64,000 nucleotides of DNA from Eledone cirrhosa (Eukaryota): assembly GCA_964016885.1 (NCBI GenBank), contig OZ024751.1, positions 4,526,001-4,590,000 of the forward strand. The letters run 5' to 3'. Under the pieces are notes generated by a model. It was not told the DNA's origin, ran no database searches, and worked only from the letters and a program-made list of their open reading frames with translations. Shown here one piece after another: positions 11,658-25,205 of this stretch; positions within the stretch are counted from its first letter, which is position 1; the number at the start of each line of letters is the position of its first letter. A program made the position numbers and the translations under genes.

Positions 11658-13139
11658 CGCCCCTGATGTCTTGGCGGCAATAAAGGAAATCAAGCATAAT
11701 TCAGCAGTAGGTCCCGATAGGTTCCCTGCTTGTGTCTTGAAGGCGTGTCAACACCAACTTGCATCTCCTCTTGCCAATCTGTGGCGGAACTCACTGGATG
11801 CTGGATATGTGCCAGAAAACCTTCTATCCCAGTCTGTTGTCCCACTTTTCAAAAAGGGAAACAAATCCCTTGCCGTGAATTACCGTCCAATCTCACTCAC
11901 CTCTCATATCATTAAGGTATTTGAGAGAGTGGTGAGATCGCGAATGACCCACTTCCTCGAGAGTAACAATATGCTGAACTCCAACCAGCATGGATTCCGT
12001 AATGGAAGGGATTGCCTGACGCAGCTACTGCATCACTTTGATGACATTTTGAGAGCCTTGGGAGAGGGTTCCAACACTGATGTTATCTACCTTGATTTCA
12101 GCAAGGCCTTTGACAGGGTTGATCATAACATTCTACTGAGAAAGCTGTCCAATATTGGTGTCACTGGAAAGCTGCTGCAGTGGATCAAGAGCTTCCTGTC
12201 AAATAGAACCCAACATGTTGTAGTTGAAGGAGTCAAATCCAGCCCAGCCAAAGTCAGTAGTGGGGTCCCACAAGGCACTGTGTTGGGCCCACTTCTCTTC
12301 ATCATCTATATTAATGACATCACTGACATCATCAAACACAGCAACATTAAAATTTTCGCTGATGATTCCAAGCTCCAAAAGGTCATCAATGGCGTGGATG
12401 ACCGGATAAGCCTTCAGTCAGACCTACTGGCTGTTACCCAATGGGCGGAAAAGAACAACATGTTACTGAACGAAGACAAATTCGAACTGATCCACTTTGG
12501 AAAAGAGGATGCTCTGAAACTCCCGTACTTCCTTCCCTCCGGGGAAACTCTCGTGGCATCTAACAACATCAGAGACTTGGGAGTAACCGTGGACAGCAAC
12601 ATAAGCTGGGCCACGCATATAAGCAGCAAAGTTGACATGGCCCGCAGAATGTGTTCCTGAATCCTCAGAACCTTCCAGTCGAGAGATTCCCACACCATTA
12701 TCCTTCTCTACTTTTGCCCGACCACACCTTGAATACTTTTGTCCACTGTGGTCTCACCACACGAAACAAAGTATCATGAAACTTGAAGCTCCTCAAAGGG
12801 CAATCACGAAAAAGATAGATGGCATGTCAGACCTTGACTACTGGGGTCGATTAGAAAACCTGAAACTTTACTCACTCCAACGTCGCCGTGAGCGTTATAT
12901 TATCTGCATGATGTGGAAAATGTTCCATCATCACTGCCCAAATGATGTTGGCATCGCCTTCAAGATACACCCAAGGCTTGGGCCCCACACCCGGATATGT
13001 CTCCGCAAACAGTAATTCTCTTCTCGAATGGGCCATGGTGCCCAAATCCTGAATTGAAAGACTTCGCCAGGTGGTGCTATTAAGTTAGACATGGCCTGGG
13101 CCAATACTGGCCAAAACATTTCAAAGTTATTCAAAGTTA
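11658..13139 (+). mobile_element. CR1-group LINE, 5'-truncated, with stop, frameshift and ~185-bp internal deletion
   Basis: [49 protein letters not shown]; deletion at ~12985 versus the 37783 copy, with ccc microhomology. Confidence 0.9.
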
Positions 13140-13213
13140 TATATACATACATATACATATATACATACATGTACATATATATACATATATATATATATAC
13201 ATACATATACATA

Positions 13214-13247
<34 letters not shown>

Positions 13248-13366
13248 CATACACATATATATATATATATACATACACATATATATATATATATATATAC
13301 ATACACATATATATGTATATATATATATATATATATACATGTATATATATATAGATATATGTGTAT

Positions 13367-13411
<45 letters not shown>

Positions 13412-13780
13412 TATGTATATGTATGTATATATATATATATGTGTATATATATATATGTATATATATATATATCATCATCATCATCATCATCATCACCGTT
13501 TTACGTCCGTTCTTCCACGCTAGCATGGGTTAGACGGGTTGTTCTGTTGTGGGCAGTGTCTGGTCGGCTGACCATGCCTTGCTCATACAGGAACTGATCT
13601 GGCTTGATTTCTACAGCTGGATTCCCTTCCTAACACCAACCTCATTTACAGTGAGTGCTGGGTGCTTTTTCGTGGCGCCTACACGTCCACTTTACAGTGT
13701 GGGCTGGGTGCTTTTTTGCCGTGGCACCTCCACGACCACCTTGCGGTGGGGGGGGGGGGGGGGCATATTGTTTATATGCT

Positions 13781-15361
13781 TCAGCATGTACCCATGGGAG
13801 GTTGGGTACTCTGTATTACTGCGTGACGCCAGAAGTCACGGTCGTGTGTCATTGACTTTGAGAGGTGTAGTTGGGTAAGGTCGGCTTTTATCACCTCATC
13901 CCAAGTCATCTTGGGTCTCCCCACTCCGCGGTTTCCATCAACTTCTAGTGCTCTGCACCTTTTTATGCAGCTGTCATCCTTCATACGCATCACATGTCCA
14001 TACCAGCGTAATCGCCTCTCCTGCACGCAGCATTTGATTCCTCTTATGCTCAGTCTCTCTCTCAATTCCTTTATGCTTTGTCGTTCACGTATATTACTGT
14101 TACACATCCATCGGAGCATGCAGGCTTCGTTTCTCTCTAATCTACGTAAGTCTTCCACCTTCAGCGCCCAGGTCTCACTACCATGCAACATCGCTGTTCG
14201 GATACACGCATCATACAGTCTGCCTTTAATTCTGAGGGAGAAGCCTTTTGCAGCTAGCAGTGGTAGTAGTTCCCTAAACTTCTTCCATCCCGTTCTTACC
14301 CTAGTTATTGAACTTTCTGAGCACCCACCTCCGTTGCTAATTCGGTCACCTAGGTAGCAGAAGCTGTCTACTGTTTCTACAGGGCCCTCCCAGAGATTGG
14401 TGGTACTTGTTTCCTGTGGCTGTTTGCTTGCTGTTTCAGCACAGCTGCTGCATGTGAATCCTACATTCTTAATTAAGCTTCCTGAGATCCCGCTACATCT
14501 CTTGTGTACCCATTGTTTGCATTTGGGGCAGAGAATGGAGTTCCTACCTACACCTTTCCTACATACTGAGCAAGGCCATTTCCCTGAGGGGATCTGGGTT
14601 CTGTTTTCTCGTCTACTTATAAGGACCTTAGTCTTTGTCATGTTGACTTTGAGGCTCTTTCTCTCTAGTCCCTGCTTCCAGGTTTGGAATTTATTCTCTA
14701 GTTCTACCATAGATTCAGCTATGAGTGCGAGGTCATCAGCATACAGGAGTTCCCATGGGCATCCGGTCTTAAACTCCTCCGTTATTGCCTGCAGGACTAT
14801 GATGAACAGGAGAGGGCTAAGAACAGAGCCCTGGTGGACCCCAACCTGTACGCTAAATTCCTCGCTATACTCATTGCCAATCCTAACATTGCTGACTGCT
14901 CCCCTATACATGGCTTGTACCGCTTTCACAAGCCATTCATCTACTCCTAGTTTTCTAAGAGCCCACCAGATTACTGCACGTGGAACTCTGTCAAAGGCTT
15001 TCTCAAGGTCGACAAATGCCAAGTAGAGTGGCTTACTTTTAGCTAGGTACTTTTCCTGTAATTGCCTCACAAGGAAGAGGGCATCAGTGGTGCCTTTCCC
15101 TGGTACAAACCCAAATTGCATCTCGTCTATATTCACCCGGTCCCTAATCAGCTGTGCTATAACTCTTTCTGTTACTTTCATGACCTTGTCCATCAACTTT
15201 ATACCTCTATAGTTTCCTCTATCTAGTGCATCGCCTTTACCTTTGTAGCAGTTGACAATGATGCTACTGCACCAATCTTTTGGTATGGCCCCCTCTAGTA
15301 TTACCTGGTTAACGATACGTGTGGTTATAGTGTGACCTACAGACCCAGATGCCTTCAGCAT
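13781..15361 (-). CDS. RTE-A reverse transcriptase with inserted PHD-type finger
   Basis: [72 protein letters not shown]. Confidence 0.92.
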   Translation of the reverse strand: MLKASGSVGHTITTRIVNQVILEGAIPKDWCSSIIVNCYKGKGDALDRGNYRGIKLMDKVMKVTERVIAQLIRDRVNIDEMQFGFVPGKGTTDALFLVRQLQEKYLAKSKPLYLAFVDLEKAFDRVPRAVIWWALRKLGVDEWLVKAVQAMYRGAVSNVRIGNEYSEEFSVQVGVHQGSVLSPLLFIIVLQAITEEFKTGCPWELLYADDLALIAESMVELENKFQTWKQGLERKSLKVNMTKTKVLISRRENRTQIPSGKWPCSVCRKGVGRNSILCPKCKQWVHKRCSGISGSLIKNVGFTCSSCAETASKQPQETSTTNLWEGPVETVDSFCYLGDRISNGGGCSESSITRVRTGWKKFRELLPLLAAKGFSLRIKGRLYDACIRTAMLHGSETWALKVEDLRRLERNEACMLRWMCNSNIRERQSIKELRERLSIRGIKCCVQERRLRWYGHVMRMKDDSCIKRCRALEVDGNRGVGRPKMTWDEVIKADLTQLHLSKSMTHDRDFWRHAVIQSTQPPMGTC

Positions 15362-15369
15362 CTCGGCAG

Positions 15370-16878
15370 CTATACCCGATGGACCGGTTTGATTGCCTTA
15401 CTTACTACGCTGCCGCTGACTTGTACTGCTGGTCCCTCTATAGGGTCTACGTGGGGTAGGGTCTCTTCTTCCCATGCATTCTCCTCATTTAGTAATCTAT
15501 CATAATGACTCTTCCATGCATCTTTCTTCTCAGCACTTGTGAGGGCAAGCTCACCTTTATCATTCCGGATACACTTCTCTCCAATGACATCACAACTATC
15601 TCTGACACACTGCCTCGCAATCTTGAATACCTCCTGTTTCTGGTCCTCACGTTGTAAAACATGCTTGAATTTTCTATCCTCTGCTTCCCTCCTAGCTAAG
15701 TATACTTGTCGCCTAGCTTCCCTCTTGGTCTCTATGTAATGTACCCTGCTCCCCCCGTTCTTCCATTCTTTCCATGCCTGTCTCTTGGCCTTGACTGCTT
15801 CATCTACCTTATTGTTCCACCACCAAGTCACTCTCCTCCTGCTTGAGGTCTTACTCCAGCCACAAACCTCATCCGTCGCCTCTAGTAAGTTATTTTTTAG
15901 GAACTCCCAGTTCTCTTCTACGTTAAATGTCTCTATCTGTTCTTCTTTACTGTCGTAGGCGTTGAGTAAAATATCTTTAAATCTGTTACTGGTTGAGGGG
16001 ACTTTCAGCTTCCAGATCTTTCTTCTCCAGGTTGGCCTCTGTTTCAGGGCTCGTCTAGTTCTGACCGTGAGGTCGCTGACAACTAAGCTATGTTGGGATG
16101 TACATTCCTCACTAGGGAAGGCTTTTGTGTTTACGACCGTCCATCTGTCACGTCCTCTGATGAGGATAAAATCTAACTGACTAGAGTGCTCCCCTGATCT
16201 ATAGGTGATCAGGTGGTTGTCGGGTTTTTTAAAGTTTGTGTTACATATCGACATGTCATTGGCGTCGCAGAATTCTAGAAGTCTGAATCCTTCCTCATTC
16301 CTTGTGCCAACTCCATGGCCTCCATGTACTCTATTGAAGCCGTCGCAGTGTTTACCTACGTGTCCGTTAAAATCTCCTGCAATGATTAGGAAGTCCTTGT
16401 CGTCTGTTAGAGCAGTAGTGTGTATTAGGGACTCGTAAAACCTATCCTTAAGTTCGTCTGGCAGCCCCGATTGGGGTGCGTAAGCTGATATTATTGTGGT
16501 AATTGTCTTATTCAGGACTAGTCTGAGTTTAATGATTCTTGCATTTACCCTGTACACTGAGATTACTTTATCTACCCACTTGTCAGCTAATAGTATACCT
16601 ACACCACCCATCCCATCGTCATTTCCCACCCAGAAAAATTTGTAGCACTGGCTTTTTCCTACAAGGACTCTAGCAGACCCTCCTCTCCATCTAGTCTCTT
16701 GCACACAGCATACATCAACTTCCTTTCGCTCTAGCATTTCTACGATTTCTCCTGCTCTTCCTTTCATTGAGCCTACATTGATGGTACCAACTCGGAGTTT
16801 TGGGCATTTGTCGACACTCGTAGGGGAGGGTCTCTGGGTTGGCGCTTCACGTGGGTGCTTGGTAGCTCGCAGATTCAT
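15370..16878 (-). CDS. RTE-A AP endonuclease and linker
   Basis: VGTINVGSM, VQETRW, ISAYAPQ, AGDFNGHVG, QLDFIL, SQHSLVVSD, TWWWN. Confidence 0.92.
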   Translation of the reverse strand: MNLRATKHPREAPTQRPSPTSVDKCPKLRVGTINVGSMKGRAGEIVEMLERKEVDVCCVQETRWRGGSARVLVGKSQCYKFFWVGNDDGMGGVGILLADKWVDKVISVYRVNARIIKLRLVLNKTITTIISAYAPQSGLPDELKDRFYESLIHTTALTDDKDFLIIAGDFNGHVGKHCDGFNRVHGGHGVGTRNEEGFRLLEFCDANDMSICNTNFKKPDNHLITYRSGEHSSQLDFILIRGRDRWTVVNTKAFPSEECTSQHSLVVSDLTVRTRRALKQRPTWRRKIWKLKVPSTSNRFKDILLNAYDSKEEQIETFNVEENWEFLKNNLLEATDEVCGWSKTSSRRRVTWWWNNKVDEAVKAKRQAWKEWKNGGSRVHYIETKREARRQVYLARREAEDRKFKHVLQREDQKQEVFKIARQCVRDSCDVIGEKCIRNDKGELALTSAEKKDAWKSHYDRLLNEENAWEEETLPHVDPIEGPAVQVSGSVVSKAIKPVHRV

Positions 16879-17121
16879 ATTTCATCTATTGATTCAGAGT
16901 TGCTCGTGTATTCCCAGCTCATCCATCCATAACGGTGGGAAAATTGAGGGCTAGAAGAAGTGGTGGTGGGGTAATGGCAGGGTGTGTTGGGATGCGCCAG
17001 AGGAGGATAGAGTTAGTTAGGCAGGTAGTAGCAGCAGCAGTGGAAATGGCATGCTAGGTTTGATTGGTCGAATAGACTATGGTGGTGTGTGGGGGTGGGG
17101 GGGGGGGGAGGGAAATGTTGA

Positions 17122-20100
17122 GGTAGGAACTGAGGGTCGCATGGTAAATATCCAAGTTAATACTACATCAGTAAAATTAACAATAATAACGTCATGAAAA
17201 ACTACTAAGAGAAACCCTCGAAAATTTATCGCTAATACAGCAAGGAAAATTTAACGCTAATACAGCAGGGAACATCATAATATTAACGACAATATGTAGG
17301 CTAAAATACCTTCGTAGATTAGATGGATGGCTGGAAAAATTGGAATCAGCTCTAGTGATACATTTTAGCAGAGAAGAATGGGAAAGTGTCTTATCTCTTC
17401 AATATTTTCAGATTGAATGAATTAGGTTAAAGACAGGGTAGTAGCCTTAAAGAAGTGCATAGAGAGGGGGGGGGGGGTAGGAACTGAGGGTCGCATGGTA
17501 AATAACTGAGAGAGATACAATAGGATTAGAATACCGCATGGTAAATATCCAAGTTAATAAGTTAATACTACATCAGTAAAATTAACAATAATAACGTCAT
17601 GAAAAACTACTAAGAGAAACCCTCGAAAATTTATCGCTAATACAGCAGGGAAAATTTAACGCTAATACAGCAGGGAACATCATAATATTAACGACAATAT
17701 GTAGGCTAAAATACCTTCGTAGATTAGATGGATGGCTGGAAAAATTGGAATCAGCTCTAGTGATACATTTTAGCAGAGAAGAATGGGAAAGTGTCTTATC
17801 TCTTCAATATTTTCAGATTGAATGAATTAGGTTAAAGACAGGGTAGTAGCCTTAAAGAAGTGCATAGAGAGGGGGGCAGGAACTGAGTGTCGCATGGTAA
17901 ATAACTGAGAGAGATACAATAGGATTAGAATACCGCATGGTAAATATCCAAGTTAATAAGTTAATACTACATCAGTAAAATTAACAATAATAACGTCATG
18001 AAAAACTACTAAGAGAAACCCTCGAAAATTTATCGCTAATACAGCAATACAGCAGGGAAAATTTAACGCTAATACAGCAGGGAACATCATAATATTAACG
18101 ACAATATGTAGGCTAAAATACCTTCGTAGATTAGATGGATGGCTGGAAAAATTGGAATCAGCTCTAGTGATACATTTTAGCAGAGAAGAATGGGAAAGTG
18201 TCTTATCTCTTCAATATTTTCAGATTGAATGAATTAGGTTAAAGACAGGGTAGTAGCCTTAAAGAAGTGCATAGAGAGGGGGGGGGTAGGAACTGAGGGT
18301 CGCATGGTAAATAACTGAGAGAGATACAATAGGATTAGAATACCGCATGGTAAATATCCAAGTTAATAAGTTAATACTACATCAGTAAAATTAACAATAA
18401 TAACGTCATGAAAAACTACTAAGAGAAACCCTCGAAAATTTATCGCTAATACAGCAGGGAAAATTTAACGCTAATACAGCAGGGAACATCATAATATTAA
18501 CGACAATATGTAGGCTAAAATACCTTCGTAGATTAGATGGATGGCTGGAAAAATTGGAATCAGCTCTAGTGATACATTTTAGCAGAGAAGAATGGGAAAG
18601 TGTCTTATCTCTTCAATATTTTCAGATTGAATGAATTAGGTTAAAGACAGGGTAGTAGCCTTAAAGAAGTGCATAGAGAGGGGTGGGTGGGTAGGAACTG
18701 AGGGTCGCATGGTAAATAACTGAGAGAGATACAATAGGATTAGAATACCGCATGGTAAATGTCCAAGTTAATAAGTTAATACTACATCAGTAAAATTAAC
18801 AATAATAACGTCATGAAAAACTACTAAGAGAAACCCTCGAAAATTTATCGCTAATACAGCAGGGAAAATTTAACGCTAATACAGCAGGGAACATCATAAT
18901 ATTAACGACAATATGTAGGCTAAAATACCTTCGTAGATTAGATGGATGGCTGGAAAAATTGGAATCAGCTCTAGTGATACATTTTAGCAGAGAAGAATGG
19001 GAAAGTGTCTTATCTCTTCAATATTTTCAGATTGAATGAATTAGGTTAAAGACAGGGTAGTAGCCTTAAAGAAGTGCATAGAGAGGGGTGGGTGGGTAGG
19101 AACTGAGGGTCGCATGGTAAATAACTGAGAGAGATGCAATAGGATTAGAATACCGCATGGTAAATATCCAAGTTAATAGGTTAATACTACATCAGTAAAA
19201 TTAACAATAATAACGTCATGAAAAACTACTAAGAGAAACCCTCGAAAATTTATCGCTAATACAGCAGGGAAAATTTAACGCTAATACAGCAGGGAACATC
19301 ATAATATTAACGACAATATGTAGGCTAAAATACCTTCGTAGATTAGATGGATGGCTGGAAAAATTGGAATCAGCTCTAGTGATACATTTTAGCAGAGAAG
19401 AATGGGAAAGTGTCTTATCTCTTCAATATTTTCAGATTGAATGAATTAGGTTAAAGACAGGGTAGTAGCCTTAAAGAAGTGCATAGTGAGGGGTGGGTGG
19501 GTAGGAACTGAGGGTCGCATGGTAAATAACTGAGAGAGATACAATAGGATTAGAATACCGCATGGTAAATATCCAAGTTAATAAGTTAATACTACATCAG
19601 TAAAATTAACAATAATAACGTCATGAAAAACTACTAAGAGAAACCCTCGAAAATTTATCGCTAATACAGCAGGGAAAATTTAACGCTAATACAGCAGGGA
19701 ACATCATAATATTAACGACAATATGTAGGCTAAAATACCTTCGTAGATTAGATGGATGGCTGGAAAAATTGGAATCAGCTCTAGTGATACATTTTAGCAG
19801 AGAAGAATGGGAAAGTGTCTTATCTCTTCAATATTTTCAGATTGAATGAATTAGGTTAAAGACAGGGTAGTAGCCTTAAAGAAGTGCATAGAGAGGGGGG
19901 GGGGGGTAGGAACTGAGGGTCGCATGGTAAATAACTGAGAGAGATACAATAGGATTAGAATACCGCATGGTAAATATCCAAGTTAATAAGTTAATACTAC
20001 ATCAGTAAAATTAACAATAATAACGTCATGAAAAACTACTAAGAGAAACCCTCGAAAATTTATCGCTAATACAGCAGGGAAAATTTAACGCTAATACAGC

Positions 20101-23100
20101 AGGGAACATCATAATATTAACGACAATATGTAGGCTAAAATACCTTCGTAGATTAGATGGATGGCTGGAAAAATTGGAATCAGCTCTAGTGATACATTTT
20201 AGCAGAGAAGAATGGGAAAGTGTCTTATCTCTTCAATATTTTCAGATTGAATGAATTAGGTTAAAGACAGGGTAGTAGCCTTAAAGAAGTGCATAGAGAG
20301 GGGTGGGTGGGTAGGAACTGAGGGTCGCATGGTAAATAACTGAGAGAGATACAATAGGATTAGAATACCGCATGGTAAATGTCCAAGTTAATAAGTTAAT
20401 ACTACATCAGTAAAATTAACAATAATAACGTCATGAAAAACTACTAAGAGAAACCCTCGAAAATTTATCGCTAATACAGCAGGGAAAATTTAACGCTAAT
20501 ACAGCAGGGAACATCATAATATTAACGACAATATGTAGGCTAAAATACCTTCGTAGATTAGATGGACGGCTGGAAAAATTGGAATCAGCTCTAGTGATAC
20601 ATTTTAGCAGAGAAGAATGGGAAAGTGTCTTATCTCTTCAATATTTTCAGATTGAATGAATTAGGTTAAAGACAGGGTAGTAGCCTTAAAGAAGTGCATA
20701 GAGAGGGGTGGGTGGGTAGGAACTGAGGGTCGCATGGTAAATAACTGAGAGAGATGCAATAGGATTAGAATACCGCATGGTAAATATCCAAGTTAATAGG
20801 TTAATACTACATCAGTAAAATTAACAATAATAACGTCATGAAAAACTACTAAGAGAAACCCTCGAAAATTTATCGCTAATACAGCAGGGAAAATTTAACG
20901 CTAATACAGCAGGGAACATCATAATATTAACGACAATATGTAGGCTAAAATACCTTCGTAGATTAGATGGATGGCTGGAAAAATTGGAATCAGCTCTAGT
21001 GATACATTTTAGCAGAGAAGAATGGGAAAGTGTCTTATCTCTTCAATATTTTCAGATTGAATGAATTAGGTTAAAGACAGGGTAGTAGCCTTAAAGAAGT
21101 GCATAGAGAGGGGTGGGTGGGTAGGAACTGAGGGTCGCATGGTAAATAACTGAGAGAGATGCAATAGGATTAGAATACCGCATGGTAAATATCCAAGTTA
21201 ATAGGTTAATACTACATCAGTAAAATTAACAATAATAACGTCATGAAAAACTACTAAGAGAAACCCTCGAAAATTTATCGCTAATACAGCAGGGAAAATT
21301 TAACGCTAATACAGCAGGGAACATCATAATATTAACGACAATATGTAGGCTAAAATACCTTCGTAGATTAGATGGATGGCTGGAAAAATTGGAATCAGCT
21401 CTAGTGATACATTTTAGCAGAGAAGAATGGGAAAGTGTCTTATCTCTTCAATATTTTCAGATTGAATGAATTAGGTTAAAGACAGGGTAGTAGCCTTAAA
21501 GAAGTGCATAGTGAGGGGTGGGTGGGTAGGAACTGAGGGTCGCATGGTAAATAACTGAGAGAGATACAATAGGATTAGAATACCGCATGGTAAATATCCA
21601 AGTTAATAAGTTAATACTACATCAGTAAAATTAACAATAATAACGTCATGAAAAACTACTAAGAGAAACCCTCGAAAATTTATCGCTAATACAGCAGGGA
21701 AAATTTAACGCTAATACAGCAGGGAACATCATAATATTAACGACAATATGTAGGCTAAAATACCTTCGTAGATTAGATGGATGGCTGGAAAAATTGGAAT
21801 CAGCTCTAGTGATACATTTTAGCAGAGAAGAATGGGAAAGTGTCTTATCTCTTCATTATTTTCAGATTGAATGAATTAGGTTAAAGACAGGGTAGTAGCC
21901 TTAAAGAAGTGCATAGAGAGGGGTGGGTGGGTAGGAACTGAGGGTCGCATGGTAAATAACTGAGAGAGATACAATAGGATTAGAATACCGCATGGTAAAT
22001 ATCCAAGTTAATAAGTTAATACTACATCAGTAAAATTAACAATAATAACGTCATGAAAAACTACTAAGAGAAACCCTCGAAAATTTATCGCTAATACAGC
22101 AGGGAAAATTTAACGCTAATACAGCAGGGAACATCATAATATTAACGACAATATGTAGGCTAAAATACCTTCGTAGATTAGATGGATGGCTGGAAAAATT
22201 GGAATCAGCTCTAGTGATACATTTTAGCAGAGAAGAATGGGAAAGTGTCTTATCTCTTCAATATTTTCAGATTGAATGAATTAGGTTAAAGACAGGGTAG
22301 TAGCCTTAAAGAAGTGCATAGAGAGAGGGGTGGGTAGGAACTGAGGGTCGCATGGTAAATAACTGAGAGAGATACAATAGGATTAGAATACCGCATGGTA
22401 AATATCCAAGTTAATAAGTTAATACTACATCAGTAAAATTAACAATAATAACGTCATGAAAAACTACTAAGAGAAACCCTCGAAAATTTATCGCTAATAC
22501 AGCAGGGAAAATTTAACGCTAATACAGCAGGGAACATCATAATATTAACGACAATATGTAGGCTAAAATACCTTCGTAGATTAGATGGATGGCTGGAAAA
22601 ATTGGAATCAGCTCTAGTGATACATTTTAGCAGAGAAGAATGGGAAAGTGTCTTATCTCTTCAATATTTTCAGATTGAATGAATTAGGTTAAAGACAGGG
22701 TAGTAGCCTTAAAGAAGTGCATAGAGAGGGGTGGGTGGGTAGGAACTGAGGGTCGCATGGTAAATAACTGAGAGAGATGCAATAGGATTAGAATACCGCA
22801 TGGTAAATATCCAAGTTAATAGGTTAATACTACATCAGTAAAATTAACAATAATAACGTCATGAAAAACTACTAAGAGAAACCCTCGAAAATTTATCGCT
22901 AATACAGCAGGGAAAATTTAACGCTAATACAGCAGGGAACATCATAATATTAACGACAATATGTAGGCTAAAATACCTTCGTAGATTAGATGGATGGCTG
23001 GAAAAATTGGAATCAGCTCTAGTGATACATTTTAGCAGAGAAGAATGGGAAAGTGTCTTATCTCTTCAATATTTTCAGATTGAATGAATTAGGTTAAAGA

Positions 23101-24229
23101 CAGGGTAGTAGCCTTAAAGAAGTGCATAGAGAGGGGTGGGTGGGTAGGAACTGAGGGTCGCATGGTAAATAACTGAGAGAGATACAATAGGATTAGAATA
23201 CCGCATGGTAAATATCCAAGTTAATAAGTTAATACTACATCAGTAAAATTAACAATAATAACGTCATGAAAAACTACTAAGAGAAACCCTCGAAAATTTA
23301 TCGCTAATACAGCAGGGAAAATTTAACGCTAATACAGCAGGGAACATCATAATATTAACGACAATATGTAGGCTAAAATACCTTCGTAGATTAGATGGAT
23401 GGCTGGAAAAATTGGAATCAGCTCTAGTGATACATTTTAGCAGAGAAGAATGGGAAAGTGTCTTATCTCTTCAATATTTTCAGATTGAATGAATTAGGTT
23501 AAAGACAGGGTAGTAGCCTTAAAGAAATGCATAGAGAGGGGGGGGGGGGGTAGGAACTGAGGGTCGCATGGTAAATAACTGAGAGAGATACAATAGGATT
23601 AGAATACCGCATGGTAAATATCCAAGTTAATAAGTTAATACTACATCAGTAAAATTAACAATAATAACGTCATGAAAAACTACTAAGAGAAACCCTCGAA
23701 AATTTATCGCTAATACAGCAATACAGCAGGGAAAATTTAACGCTAATACAGCAGGGAACATCATAATATTAACGACAATATGTAGGCTAAAATACCTTCG
23801 TAGATTAGATGGATGGCTGGAAAAATTGGAATCAGCTCTAGTGATACATTTTAGCAGAGAAGAATGGGAAAGTGTCTTATCTCTTCAATATTTTCAGATT
23901 GAATGAATTAGGTTAAAGACAGGGTAGTAGCCTTAAAGAAATGCATAGAGAGGGGGGGGGGGTAGGAACTGAGGGTCGCATGGTAAATAACTGAGAGAGA
24001 TACAATAGGATTAGAATACCGCATGGTAAATATCCAAGTTAATAAGTTAATACTACATCAGTAAAATTAACAATAATAACGTCATGAAAAACTACTAAGA
24101 GAAACCCTCGAAAATTTATCGCTAATACAGCAGGGAAAATTTAACGCTAATACAGCAGGGAACATCATAATATTAACGACAATATGTAGGCTAAAATACC
24201 TTCGTAGATTAGATGGCTGGCTGGAAAAA
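17122..24229. repeat. Tandem array of ~405-bp monomers, ~17.7 copies, contiguous with the RTE-A 5' end
   Basis: gtaggaactgag unit starts at 17122, 17477, 17876, 18286, 18691, 19096 ... 23550, 23962; near-identical units. Confidence 0.97.
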
Positions 24230-24267
24230 TGTATGTATATATATATGTATATATATGTATATGTATG

Positions 24268-24301
<34 letters not shown>

Positions 24302-24567
24302 TATGTTATATATATATATACATACATATACATACATATACATACATATACATACATATACATATATATATATATACATACATATACATATACATATATA
24401 TACATATATATATACATACATATACATATATATATATATATACATACATATACATATATATATATATACATACATATACATATATATATATATACATACA
24501 TACATATACATATATATACATATATATATACATACATATACATATATATATATATACATATATACAT

Positions 24568-24600
<33 letters not shown>

Positions 24601-25205
24601 CATACATATACATATATATATATATATATACATACATATATATATACATACATATATATATATACATACATATATATATATATACATACATATATATATA
24701 TATACATACATATACATACATAATATACATATATATATATACATACTATACATTCTGTTTTGTTCCTGTCAAATTTTTTTCCATTATATATAATACACGC
24801 TCACACGGCTTCATCCTTGGAACATAACTTAACAACCGGCTCAATCCCGATCTAATCCGCCGTGACCTTTCTCCGAACTTTACACACCTTCCCACACTTG
24901 GTCTTTCCTTCCACGCATTACCTCTCTTTGATTTTGTTACCGTACATTTTTTTTCCGTATAAGATTCTTTGCCTGTGTTCTTACAATTGTATTTCTATGA
25001 TTTTTTGTTCACGATTGCTGTGTTTTTACCTTTATGATTTTTTGTCTTTAATTTTCCTGTGTTTACTCCCCCCTCCCTACGTTTTTCTGTTTCATTTTCC
25101 CTTCCCCGTCTCTGCCTATCCTTCGCACTCACCCCTTCGTTCACTCCACCCCTCTTCACACCCCTGCCCTCTCATCCCTCCCCCTGCTTTCACCCAACGC
25201 CCATC

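Larger units (their letters stand above)
13470..17121 (-). mobile_element. Near full-length RTE-clade LINE (family A) with (TGA)n tail
   Basis: APE ORF followed by RT ORF, separated by a small frameshifting deletion at ~15390; 3' UTR ending in tgatgatga. Confidence 0.93.

Noticed and set aside
17122-24229. 405-bp array as CRISPR, retrozyme or coding repeat
   Set aside because: No unique spacers, no CTGANGA..GAAA core on either strand, and only a ~75-codon ATG-less open frame per unit
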